DNA of 64,000 nt from a bacterium. GTDB taxonomy: Bacteria > UBA8248 > JACPRG01 > G963555815. The notes under the pieces were generated by a model. That model saw only the letters and a program-made list of their open reading frames with translations. It searched no databases and was not told the DNA's origin. This document shows, in pieces, positions 9,832 through 19,305 of the stretch; position 1 is the stretch's first letter, and each line of letters begins with the position of its first letter. The stretch lies in assembly GCA_965249615.1 (NCBI GenBank), contig CBDFMI010000006.1:444132-508131 (forward strand), written 5' to 3'. Position numbers and translations under genes: made by a program.

Positions 9832-12039
9832 ATGAACCGCTGGTCCTTGCTTCGGCGAGATTTTTTGGGATGGCTGGCGGTTTCGGCAGGTCTGGGCGTA
9901 TTTGAATCGGTCTTGCTGGCCTTCCAAAGACCTAAGATCAACCCCTTCGCGGCCATCGATCTGGTCGCTCTTTCGATTTCTGCCGTCCTTTTCAACTCCC
10001 TGATGGTTCTACCCGTTTCACTCGGTCATTTTTTCTTGTATTGGCGGTTTTCTGGAGGCCACGACCATCAGGCGCAGGGCCGAAACGTCTTTTTATTTCA
10101 CCTCGTCGTGTTCCTCGCGGTTGCGTTCATCATTTTTATTGGCCGAAGGCTCATCCTTACGGTTCCTGCAACTATTCTGATGTCCGCGGGCCTTTGGTTC
10201 GGCCTTAGATATCTTTCGACAAGGATTGTTCGGGCATTTTCAGTAGGTGCCGGTATTTTCCTCTTGGCACTTTTTTCGTATGAGTCCCTCCGCTTGCCGC
10301 TCTATATCACAGACCCCGATTATGAACTATGGAAGTCGGAAGTTACGTTATGGGAGGAGGAAGACCCGCGATGTGAGACGCACCTGCGCTTCTCTACTCT
10401 CAACGGCGACCTGGGGTCCCTCGATTCCAGGAACTGTTCCAATTACTACCTGGAGAAGTTCAGGCAGGTAGAAGCGGAGCACCAATCACTGCCGAACGTT
10501 ATTCTGGTTCTTGTCGATACGCTTCGCCCCGATCACCTGTCCACATACGGCTATCATCGAGAGACATCGCCTTTTATTTCGAAGCTGGCGGCGGAGGGGC
10601 TAAAATTTACCAATTTCTATGCGAACGGTGCGTGGACCCCGCCGACGACTTCAACGCTTCTAACCGGCGTTTTTCCCGCAATCCATGGGATATATGAGCC
10701 TGGCGGGCAAAAGAGGGAGACAGTCAAAGTCATTTCTGAGACTCTCCGTGACTACGGCTATAACACAGCCGCCTTTATCGCGAATCCACTGATTACGAAA
10801 AGCACTGGGTTGCTGGACGGATATGATTATTTCTACCGAAAACCCAGGCCGCCGGTGTCGCGGCCGTCGTTGAGGCTCGCGAGCTTCCCCAGTCCGGAGA
10901 ACCTCCTCATATGGGTGAAGTTTCTGTCTCTGTCAGATAAGGTGGTCCAGGCGTTTCGGGGTTTTGATGGGAAGAAAAACGATCTTTTAGTTCAGATATT
11001 TCCCTTCAGCCGTGAATTAGAGCCAGAAAGACAGGAAAGGATACGGGAGGAATTCCGTTTCCCCCCCGCGGAAGTCGACATGGATAAAGAACTCGACTTC
11101 CCCCGGGCGAATGAAATGGCGAACGCGGTGCTGAATTACGTGGATTACGCCTTGGCAGGTCCTGACTTCGACGTTGTGCAAACGAAATTCTTCCTCTTTC
11201 TCCACGACATGGGTCCCCACGATCCTTATAAGTTGCCCACGCCATATGACGTCCTCTTCGACCCTGGGCGCCAGGATAGGCCGGAGGCCGAAGGGGCAGT
11301 CCGGTTTTTGGATGAGTCGCCGCCTGCGTCAGTTCGGGAGAGATTGGCCCATGATTTGCCGCTGTATGACGGAGCAATCCGTTTCTTCGATGATAATTTT
11401 CAGGTGCTCTTTTCGGAACTCAAGGAACGGGGGCTTTTGGACAATACCCTAGTGATCTTGCTGGCAGATCATGGGGAAGAATTCTATGAGCACGGTGAAA
11501 TTGGACATGGGGAGAAGGTCTTTGAGGAAATTGTCAGGATCCCCCTTGTCTTGTGGTATCCAGGGGAATTGCCCTAAGGGGTCGAGGTGAAGGAGTTCGG
11601 GTCGCAGGTGGATATAATACCCACGATCGTGGATGTTCTGGATCTGCCAGTACCAGAGGGGTTGCAGGGAAAGAGCCTCTTGCCCGCGATATCCGGGAGG
11701 GGGCTAGAGAGGGTTGTGTACGGAGAAAACTTGCGTGGTTCGCAGGATTTATCGTCGGGAGATATGTTGCGATTTTTGATCCATGGCCGATATAAACTCA
11801 TCACCATGGGGACACCTAAGACAGTGCGGGAAAAATTGCTCTTTGACCTCCAGTCGGACCCGCATGAGAAAAACAACATCTGCGGGTCTGAGAAAAAGAT
11901 AGCGGAAGAAATGGAATCGCTGCTAGAGGATTTCATCGCATTGGTGAAGAAGGACCCTAGGTATTCTGAAGACCTAGAGGCCGTTGAAGTGGACCCGGAA
12001 CTGCAGAAGCGTCTAAAGGCTCTCGGATACATTGAATGA
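9832..12039 (+). pseudogene. Tandem paralog 2 of the membrane-anchored sulfatase-family protein, interrupted by an in-frame TAA (11575-11577). N-part 9832-11577 (581 aa); C-part restarts at GTG 11587, 6 nt after a GGGG RBS-like run, and runs to 12039.
   Basis: Collinear with paralog 1 over its entire length. Paralog 1 reads WYPGSLPGGLEVEEPGSQVD where paralog 2 reads WYPGELP*GVEVKEFGSQVD; same frame before and after the stop. Ends ...KRLKALGYIE. Confidence 0.6.
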
Positions 12040-12129
12040 GGGTTAAAAAGTTCGCGTCGATCCTGGTGAAAAAGCAGGCTCACCTTTGGCCCGCGATCGG
12101 GTTTTTAGTTTGAGAGGACGTGGGTAAGA

Positions 12130-13806
12130 ATGTCCATCTCCAAGGTCGCCCTCCTGGGTCTTGACGGTGCCACCTTCTACCTCCTTCGCCCCTGGATGGA
12201 GGATGGAACGCTCCCCAATCTTGCGAACCTCCAAAAACGGGGAGCCTCTGGGGTCCTTGCCTCCACCGTTCCACCGGTGACACCGACGGCCTGGTCCACG
12301 TGCATCACGGGGGTAAACCCGGGAAAGCACGGGATATTCGATTTTCGAGATTCTCCCCTCCGTCATCCCGACCGCCCCCTTCTGAGTCTATCCTCTATCC
12401 GCGCCCCCCGGCTCTGGCAGCTCCTGAATGGGGTCGGGAAAAAGACCATCATCCTCAATGTCCCCATGACTTATCCACCTGAGGCGGTGGACGGGTGCAT
12501 GGTCTCGGGGATGATGACACCGGGGCCGGAGGCGAACTACACTTATCCCCTGGAACTCAAGGCGGAGATCCGTCGGGAGATCGGAGAGTACCTGCCGGAT
12601 ATCGACCTGCCCAAGTACGACGCCGAGCGTTATGAGGATGCCCTGGCATACCTGGACTTGATACGGAAAAGTTTTTCCCAGCGGGAAAAACTTTTCTTCC
12701 ACCTCATGGAGAACCGGCCCTGGGATTTCTTCATGGGGGTTTTCATCTTGCCCGACCGGCTCCAACACGTCTTCTGGAAATATCTGGACCCTGAGGCCGG
12801 GCTCTACGGGACCGAGATCGCCCAGCGGCTCCGAGGCTCGGTCATTGACTGCTATCGTCTGATGGATGATTTTATCGGGCGCCTCGTGGAGCGGCTTTCC
12901 TCTGATACCCTCCTTCTTATCATGTCGGACCACGGTTTTGGACCCACCCAGGCCTGGATCAACGTGAGCACCTGGCTGGAGCAGCAGGGTCTCCTCAAGA
13001 TGAGGGGCCAGATGGCCCTGCAGCGACGCCTCTTGTACCATGCTGTGGGGCTGAACGAGGTGGGCTGGCTAAAACGCCTTATCCCGCAGTCCCTTCAGGC
13101 CTTCGCCCGAAAACGGGTGCGTCAGACCAAGTCCGCCTTTCGGACCGACGTTCAGGTCACCCTGGACTGGGATCGGACCCAGGCCTTTTTTCCCAGCATT
13201 CCGGCTCAAGGGATCTACATCAATGTGGAGCGGGACGGAGCGGGGATCGTCCCCCCGGGGGAGGCCTACGAGGCCCTGCGCGCTCGGCTTCGCGATTCGT
13301 TGCTGGCCCTGAAGGACCCGGCGACAGGGGAACGGATCGTGGACGCGGTGCAGTATCGAGAAGAGGTCTACCACGGGCCCGAAACCCCCTACGCCCCGGA
13401 CCTGTTCTTCGTCGCCCGAAATTACAGCTACCTGGGCCGGCCGATGTTTGGGGGCCGAGAGGTCATCCGGTCGCGCGTCCAGGTGCCAAACGGCTTTCAC
13501 CGCCCCGACGGGATCTTCATGGCTCATGGACCTCACGTGGCCTCGGGCCGGGCGGTCACTGGCTCCCACATCGCTGACATCACCCCCACCATCCTCTATA
13601 GTCTCGGCCTCCCCGTCCCAAAAGAGATGGACGGAAAGCCTTTGTCGGAGATCTTTGAGGCGGACTTTCGGCCCGAGAAGAAGGGCCAAGAGGTGAGCGC
13701 TACTGAAAGTCCACAGCCGCCTGAGAGGACTCCCTCTGAGGCTTATCGTCCCGAGGAGGCCTCCGCCATCGAGAAACGCCTTCGGGCCCTGGGGTATGAG
13801 GACTGA
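12130..13806 (+). CDS. Alkaline phosphatase family protein (type I phosphodiesterase/nucleotide pyrophosphatase-like, PF01663-like), AP-1
   Basis: LGLDGATFYLLRPW...STVPPVTPTAWSTCITGVNPGKHGIFDF aligns to the NPP KTFPNHYS.VTG nucleophile-Thr motif; MSDHGFG metal-binding motif. Ends ...EKRLRALGYED. Confidence 0.75.
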   Translation: MSISKVALLGLDGATFYLLRPWMEDGTLPNLANLQKRGASGVLASTVPPVTPTAWSTCITGVNPGKHGIFDFRDSPLRHPDRPLLSLSSIRAPRLWQLLNGVGKKTIILNVPMTYPPEAVDGCMVSGMMTPGPEANYTYPLELKAEIRREIGEYLPDIDLPKYDAERYEDALAYLDLIRKSFSQREKLFFHLMENRPWDFFMGVFILPDRLQHVFWKYLDPEAGLYGTEIAQRLRGSVIDCYRLMDDFIGRLVERLSSDTLLLIMSDHGFGPTQAWINVSTWLEQQGLLKMRGQMALQRRLLYHAVGLNEVGWLKRLIPQSLQAFARKRVRQTKSAFRTDVQVTLDWDRTQAFFPSIPAQGIYINVERDGAGIVPPGEAYEALRARLRDSLLALKDPATGERIVDAVQYREEVYHGPETPYAPDLFFVARNYSYLGRPMFGGREVIRSRVQVPNGFHRPDGIFMAHGPHVASGRAVTGSHIADITPTILYSLGLPVPKEMDGKPLSEIFEADFRPEKKGQEVSATESPQPPERTPSEAYRPEEASAIEKRLRALGYED

Positions 13807-13807
13807 G

Positions 13808-14878
13808 ATGGCAGGTCTGATGACGAAAGTCTCCCATGCCCTTCGAGGGGGTTGGGGGACCCTTTTGAAGGTCGGGGTGAGTGGACTGCTCATCCTTGTC
13901 CTCATTTGGCAGGTGGATTTCGATCGGCTTTGGGTCGTCGTCCGGGATATGTCCCCCGCCTGGCTCCTCCTGGCGCTCTTCTTCAAGTCGGGAGGGGTAT
14001 TCTCGAGCATCCTTCGGTGGCGAGTGCTTCTGAAGGGACAGGACCTCGCCGTCCCTTTAAAAGTCCTCACCTCCTCCTTTCTCGAAGGCCGTTTCTTCGG
14101 CACCTTCACGCCGAGCACCATCGGCCTTGACGCCTATCGAACGTATGACCTGGCCAAGTATTCCGGCCGAACAGCGGCCTCGGTTTCAGTCACATTGGTG
14201 GATAAGGTGATCGGGCTGTTCTCTCTCTCCTTTCTCGTGGCGGTCACCTCATTTGCCGGCGCCCGGTTTGTTGGAGGGCAAGGGGTCTTCTCCCTTCTCC
14301 TCGTCTTCTGTGTCCCCCTCTCCCTGTCCCTGATCTTTCTCCTTTTTCCGGGGCTCCTTGGCCGACTCGTCGACATCAGGAGGTGGAAATCAGGAGGATG
14401 GGCGGAGAAGATGGGCCGTTTCGTCGAAACCGTCACCGTCTATCGCCACCACCGGATCCTCATTGTTCAGGCGGTCGGGCTCGCTATCTTGGTCCACCTT
14501 GGGACCACGCTCATGTATTACGGGACGGCCCTTTCGGTGCAAGCCCCGGTCAGCCCCTTGGACATCCTCTTCGTTGGGCCCCTGATGATCACGGCGACGG
14601 TCATCCCTCTTTCTGTGGCCGGGATCGGGGTCCGTGAGGGGACCTTTGTCTTCTTCCTCACTCGGGTGGGGATCGAGGCGGAGGCCGCCATCCTTCTCGC
14701 CTTTCTCGGGTTCCTCGTAGGCGAGGTCATCAGCCTTTTCGGAGGCTTCATCTTCCTGTTGCGCTCCCACGCGTATCATCGGCGTGAGGGGGGGGTCGCC
14801 GGGGCCGCGGAAAGCGGCCTGGGCAAAGCCGGGGGTGAGGAAGAGGCCGTGGGGACAAAGAAAGAGATTGGCTCTTGA
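13808..14878 (+). CDS. Flippase-like / lysylphosphatidylglycerol-synthase-TM-region family membrane protein (UPF0104). Alternative start ATG 13796, which would overlap the AP-1 stop.
   Basis: About 8 TM helices; N-terminal KVGVSGLLILVLIWQVDFDRLW...LALFFKSGGVFSSILRWRVLL pattern is characteristic of the TIGR00374/PF03706 family, often paired with glycosyltransferases. Confidence 0.5.
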   Translation: MAGLMTKVSHALRGGWGTLLKVGVSGLLILVLIWQVDFDRLWVVVRDMSPAWLLLALFFKSGGVFSSILRWRVLLKGQDLAVPLKVLTSSFLEGRFFGTFTPSTIGLDAYRTYDLAKYSGRTAASVSVTLVDKVIGLFSLSFLVAVTSFAGARFVGGQGVFSLLLVFCVPLSLSLIFLLFPGLLGRLVDIRRWKSGGWAEKMGRFVETVTVYRHHRILIVQAVGLAILVHLGTTLMYYGTALSVQAPVSPLDILFVGPLMITATVIPLSVAGIGVREGTFVFFLTRVGIEAEAAILLAFLGFLVGEVISLFGGFIFLLRSHAYHRREGGVAGAAESGLGKAGGEEEAVGTKKEIGS

Positions 14879-16551
14879 GACGCCTCCTCATCATCGGCGT
14901 CGACGCCGGCACCCTGGACCTCATCGAGCCGTGGGCCCGAGCGGGTGATCTCCCCCATCTGGCCCGTCTCCTCAGGGAGGGGGCCTATGGGCGAGTCCAG
15001 TCGACCCTCCCCCCCTCCACCTATCCCGCCTGGACCTCCTTCATGACCGGTCAGAACCCCGGGCGGCACGGTCTCGTGGACTTCACCTTGAGGGAGGGAG
15101 GGCGCTATGCCGTCAGATTCGCCAGCTCCCGAGACCGGCAAAGTGCTAGTTTGTGGGGGATCCTCAGTGAGGCCGGCCGAAGAGTCGCCGTCCTCGGCAT
15201 GCCCGCCACATACCCCCCTGAAGCCGTCAACGGCTGTATGGTCAGCGGATTCGACTCCCCCCTAGCATGGCGTCTCAACGAGAGCTTTTTTCATCCTCGA
15301 GGGCTCCACCGGGAGGTCATACAGGAGGCGGGACTCTTCCCGCTCTCGGCCTGCCGGGAGGATCGGATCGGAAAGGGCTGGCACGAGCGGGCCTATCGGG
15401 AGATCCTGAAATCACTGGAGCAAGAAACTCGCGTGGCGGAGTACCTCCTGGGCCGGGAAGCGTGGGATTGCTTCTGCGTCGTCTTCGGCCAGACAGATAC
15501 GGTGTGCCATCATTTCTGGAAATTCTTCGACCCATCCTCTCCCCGATATGACTCAGAGGGGGCGAGGCGCTTTGGAGACGCCATCCGTCAAGTCTATCGG
15601 CGTGTGGATTCAGCCATCGGTTCCCTGCTGCAAAAGGCGCCCGATGACGTCACGGTCCTCATCGTCTCGGACCACGGAGCGGGGGGGGCAGGAAACCAGA
15701 TTATTCATTTAAACGCTTGGCTGGCCGGGGAGGGCCATCTGACCTTTCGAAAGGGGGGGGTGGGCTACCGTGCCCTTTCAGCCCTGAAGACGCTGGGCCT
15801 CGGCTATCTCCCGAGGAGGGTTCAAGAACAGGTCTTTCGTGCGGGCGGGGGCAGGCTGGCAAATGGGCTAGAATCCCGCTTGCGTTTCGGCCAGATCGAA
15901 TGGGCGAAGACCCGGGTCTATTCCGAGGAGCTGGGTTATTTCCCCTCTCTTTGGATCAACCTTCGGGGGAGGGAGCCTCAGGGGACGGTGGAGCCCGGCA
16001 GGGAATATGAGGATCTGAGGGACGAGATCATCAGCCGCTTAGAGGTTCTCAGACACCCCGTCACGGGGAGGCGCCTCGTTGAGCGGGCCGTTCGGCGAGA
16101 GGAGGTTTATTGGGGCCCCTTTGTGGACCGGGTTCCTGACATTCTCCTGGAGCTCGCCCTCGACGAGGGCTATAGCTACTCCTGCCTTCGAAGTCCAGCC
16201 CGCTCCCAGGGCCCCTTCGTTCGCTCTCTCCAGAGAGCGGAGGGGGCCAGGGGCCAGGGGATGAACGGCTCACACCGACCAGAGGGGTTTTTCGTTCTCT
16301 CGGGTGAGGGGGTGCGCCCGGGGAAGTGCCGGTTCACCCCCCATCTCATGGACTTTGCCCCGACGCTTCTCGCCCTTTTGGGGATCACCCCTTCGGTGGG
16401 GATGGACGGTCGGGTCTTGGAAGAAGTCCTGAGCGTCCCTGAGCCTCATCCCGTCCCCGTCGCCGTGGCAGGGGAAGAGACGCCTTCGGCGGCCCAGGGG
16501 TGGGAAGGCACGGCCTTCCGGCGGCTTCGGGACCTTGGATACCTGGAATGA
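14875..16551 (+). CDS. Alkaline phosphatase family protein (type I phosphodiesterase/nucleotide pyrophosphatase-like), AP-2; TTG start overlapping the upstream stop
   Basis: IGVDAGTLDLIEPW...STLPPSTYPAWTSFMTGQNPGRHG...VSDHGAGGAG; paralogous to AP-1. Ends ...FRRLRDLGYLE. Confidence 0.72.
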   Translation: MRRLLIIGVDAGTLDLIEPWARAGDLPHLARLLREGAYGRVQSTLPPSTYPAWTSFMTGQNPGRHGLVDFTLREGGRYAVRFASSRDRQSASLWGILSEAGRRVAVLGMPATYPPEAVNGCMVSGFDSPLAWRLNESFFHPRGLHREVIQEAGLFPLSACREDRIGKGWHERAYREILKSLEQETRVAEYLLGREAWDCFCVVFGQTDTVCHHFWKFFDPSSPRYDSEGARRFGDAIRQVYRRVDSAIGSLLQKAPDDVTVLIVSDHGAGGAGNQIIHLNAWLAGEGHLTFRKGGVGYRALSALKTLGLGYLPRRVQEQVFRAGGGRLANGLESRLRFGQIEWAKTRVYSEELGYFPSLWINLRGREPQGTVEPGREYEDLRDEIISRLEVLRHPVTGRRLVERAVRREEVYWGPFVDRVPDILLELALDEGYSYSCLRSPARSQGPFVRSLQRAEGARGQGMNGSHRPEGFFVLSGEGVRPGKCRFTPHLMDFAPTLLALLGITPSVGMDGRVLEEVLSVPEPHPVPVAVAGEETPSAAQGWEGTAFRRLRDLGYLE

Positions 16552-17768
16552 GTGGAGAGAAAGGATCTCGTCGGAAGGTGGCCATGGTGGCCCCCTGTCC
16601 CTTCCCAAGCGTTCAGGGCTCCCAGATCCTGATCCAGGATCTGGCCGGGGGCCTCGAGAGGAGGGGACACGAGGTCCACGTGGTCACTTACCCCTTCGGG
16701 GGCTCCCGTCCGACCGCTTCCTTGCGGATCCACCGGGCTGCCTGTCCCCTTCGTTATGCCGTGGACCACCCGGGCCCTCATCTCTATAAACCTTTTCTGG
16801 ACCTCTTCGTCTTGAGAGAGCTCCTGCGGGTCATCCGCGGGGAGGGGATTGAGCTCCTCCACGCCCACAGCTATGAGGGGTTGCTCATCTCCCTGCTGGC
16901 CGGAAGGTGGACGGGCATTCCCGTCCTCTATCACAGCCACACCCTCCTCGAGGAGGAGCTCCCCACCTATTTTCGGGCCTCGTGGAAGCGCGCCCTGGCG
17001 CATTGGGTGGGCCGACTGCTGGACCGACAGCTTCCGCGTCGGTCAGACCATTGCATTGCCCTTTGTCAGAGAACCCTTGGGGCCTTTCGGGCCTTGGGGG
17101 TGGCGGCGGATCGCTCTTCCTGCATTCGTCCTCTGATCTTTTCCCCCGCCGATAAAACTCCTTCCAGGGTGGATGTAGAGCGCCATCCCTTCATCCTCTA
17201 TACGGGAAACCTCCACCCGTATCAGGATCTCAATCTCCTGATGGAGGGGTTCGCCGAGGTGGCCTCGAGGCTCTCAGAGGTCCGCCTGGTTATCGCCACC
17301 CATTCTGACCCTTCCCATTACGCCGCCCTGGCAAGGGCCCTGGGGCTGTCGGAGCGGGTCTCCTTTCGCGTGAAACCTCCCTTGGATGAAGAGTGGGGTT
17401 TGATGCGGAGGGCCGACCTCCTCGTCTGTCCGCGCCTTCGGTGCTCCGGCTACCCCATCAAGCTTTTGAACTACCTGGCGGCTGGAAGGCCCATCCTCGT
17501 CAGTGAGGGCTCGGCCGAGGGGATTCGCCATGGCGAGAACGGCTACGTTGTCTCTCGGCCTGAACCGAAAACCCTGGCGGAGGGGGCTATTCAAATCCTT
17601 CAGTCCCCCGCCTTGGCAAAACGGTTGGGCGAAGGGGCGGCCCGGACCTACCGGGAGGAGGTGGCGGAAGAGCGCTCCTTGTCGGCCATCGAGGCCATCT
17701 ACACGCAGTGTCTGGGGGAGGAGGGGAACGCGGCCCTCCTCGCCCACCCGAGGGAAATGGCCTCATGA
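16548..17768 (+). CDS. Glycosyltransferase family 4 (group 1)
   Basis: ATGA start/stop overlap with AP-2. N-terminal VAMVAPCPFPSVQGSQILIQDLAGGLERRGHEVHVVT (GT4 N-domain) and C-terminal ...CPRLRCSGYPIKLLNYLAAGRPILVSEGSAEGIRHGENGYVV (E-x7-E-like donor-binding region). Confidence 0.75.
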   Translation: MSGEKGSRRKVAMVAPCPFPSVQGSQILIQDLAGGLERRGHEVHVVTYPFGGSRPTASLRIHRAACPLRYAVDHPGPHLYKPFLDLFVLRELLRVIRGEGIELLHAHSYEGLLISLLAGRWTGIPVLYHSHTLLEEELPTYFRASWKRALAHWVGRLLDRQLPRRSDHCIALCQRTLGAFRALGVAADRSSCIRPLIFSPADKTPSRVDVERHPFILYTGNLHPYQDLNLLMEGFAEVASRLSEVRLVIATHSDPSHYAALARALGLSERVSFRVKPPLDEEWGLMRRADLLVCPRLRCSGYPIKLLNYLAAGRPILVSEGSAEGIRHGENGYVVSRPEPKTLAEGAIQILQSPALAKRLGEGAARTYREEVAEERSLSAIEAIYTQCLGEEGNAALLAHPREMAS

Positions 17769-19168
17769 CCAAGGTCTTGATCCTGGGCCTCGATTGCGCA
17801 GACCCTCGCCTGGTCTTTGACCGCTGGCGACAAGAACTTCCGAACCTCAGACAGCTCATGGAGGCCGGCGTCTGGGGCCCTCTTCAGAGCACCATCCCCC
17901 CCATCACGGTCCCAGCCTGGGCCTGCATGATGACGGGGCGGGACCCTGGAGAGCTAGGGATCTATGGGTTCCGAAACCGGACCTCCTATCAGTACGGGGC
18001 CCTGGGGATCACCAGCTCTCTCTCGGTCCAAGAGGAGACCCTGTGGGACATCCTGGGCCGCACCGGCCGGGAGGTGGTGGTCGTCGGGGTCCCTCCTTCA
18101 TATCCTGTGAAGCCCGTCCGGGGCAGCCTCATCTCCTGCTTTCTCACCCCGAACGCCGAGGTCCCTTTCACGCATCCCCCTGAGCTCAAGGAGGAGGTTC
18201 AGCGTCTTGCCGGCGGGTACCTGTTTGACGTGGAGGGATTCCGGACCGACGACAAGCCCCGGCTCCTCCAACAGATCCACGAGATGACAGAAAAACGCTT
18301 TAGGGTCCTGAAACACCTACTCACCCGAAAGCCGTGGGACTTTTTTATGTCGATGGAGATCGGGGTGGACCGCATGCATCACGGCTTTTGGAAATTTCAC
18401 GATGAGGGCCACATCAAGCACCCCCCGCAAAACCCCTATCAGCACGTCATTCTGGACTATTACCGCTATGTGGACAAGGAGATCGGTGAGCTGGTGGAGT
18501 CCGTCGACGAGGACACGGTCATCATCGTCCTCTCTGATCACGGGGTGAAGAGGATGGAGGGGGGGCTGTGCGTCAACGAATGGCTCATGAAGCAGAAATA
18601 TCTGAGCCTCTCCGCCTACCCCAAGGAGCTCACCTCCCTCAGCAAGCTCGATGTGAACTGGGACCGGACCATGGTCTGGGGAGAAGGGGGGTACTATGGC
18701 CGGATCTATCTCAACGTAAAGGGCCGGGAACCCCAGGGGGTCATCGCCCCAAATGACGTGGAGAAGATCCGGGCAGAGCTGAAACAGGGCATGGAAGAGC
18801 TTTCCGACGAATCAGGGCGCCCCCTCGGGACCCGCGTATTCTATCCCGAGGAGGTCTATCAGGAGGTCCGGAGGATCCCGCCCGATCTCATCGTCTATTT
18901 TGGAGACCTGGACTGGCGCTCTGTCGGGACCGTGGGCCATGGCTCGATCCACACCCGAGAGAATGACACGGGCCCTGACGACGCCAACCACGACACCCAC
19001 GGGATATTCATCATGGCGAAGAAGGCGGACCTCAAAGGGGGCGGGACCGGTCTGGGAACCCGCCTCGACGGTCTCAGCCTCTACGACGTGACCCCCACCG
19101 TCCTGGACCTCCTTGGCCTTCCCATCCCACCCTCGATGCACGGGCGAGTGATTTCTCCTAGAGCCTGA
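17765..19168 (+). CDS. Alkaline phosphatase family protein (type I phosphodiesterase/nucleotide pyrophosphatase-like), AP-3
   Basis: ATGA overlap with the GT4 stop. MTKVLILGLDCADP...STIPPITVPAWACMMTGRDPGELG...LSDHGV. Lacks the C-terminal LGY tag (ends ...HGRVISPRA). Confidence 0.75.
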   Translation: MTKVLILGLDCADPRLVFDRWRQELPNLRQLMEAGVWGPLQSTIPPITVPAWACMMTGRDPGELGIYGFRNRTSYQYGALGITSSLSVQEETLWDILGRTGREVVVVGVPPSYPVKPVRGSLISCFLTPNAEVPFTHPPELKEEVQRLAGGYLFDVEGFRTDDKPRLLQQIHEMTEKRFRVLKHLLTRKPWDFFMSMEIGVDRMHHGFWKFHDEGHIKHPPQNPYQHVILDYYRYVDKEIGELVESVDEDTVIIVLSDHGVKRMEGGLCVNEWLMKQKYLSLSAYPKELTSLSKLDVNWDRTMVWGEGGYYGRIYLNVKGREPQGVIAPNDVEKIRAELKQGMEELSDESGRPLGTRVFYPEEVYQEVRRIPPDLIVYFGDLDWRSVGTVGHGSIHTRENDTGPDDANHDTHGIFIMAKKADLKGGGTGLGTRLDGLSLYDVTPTVLDLLGLPIPPSMHGRVISPRA

Positions 19169-19202
19169 TCGGTCCGCCTGTCTGGCTGAAAGAACCGCCA
19201 GA

Positions 19203-19240
19203 AAAAGCTTGACGGGGAAAAATGGGTGTATATACTCGTT
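19203..19240 (+). promoter_or_regulatory. Sigma70-like promoter, copy A: AAAAGCTTGACGGGGAAAAATGGGTGTATATACTCGTT (TTGACG, 16-17 nt spacer, TATACT)
   Basis: Near-identical (about 34/39 nt) to the element at 35888-35930; sits about 65 nt upstream of the CDS at 19306. Confidence 0.55.
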
Positions 19241-19305
19241 GTATCGGAAGAGACTGAAGGAGACGGAATTTCAGTCCGAGAGCGGGGCCACGCAATGGAG
19301 CAGAA

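Noticed and set aside
13069-14121. 350-aa minus-strand ORF across AP-1/flippase-like genes
   Set aside because: Antisense to two well-supported plus-strand genes. Arg/Pro-rich composition.
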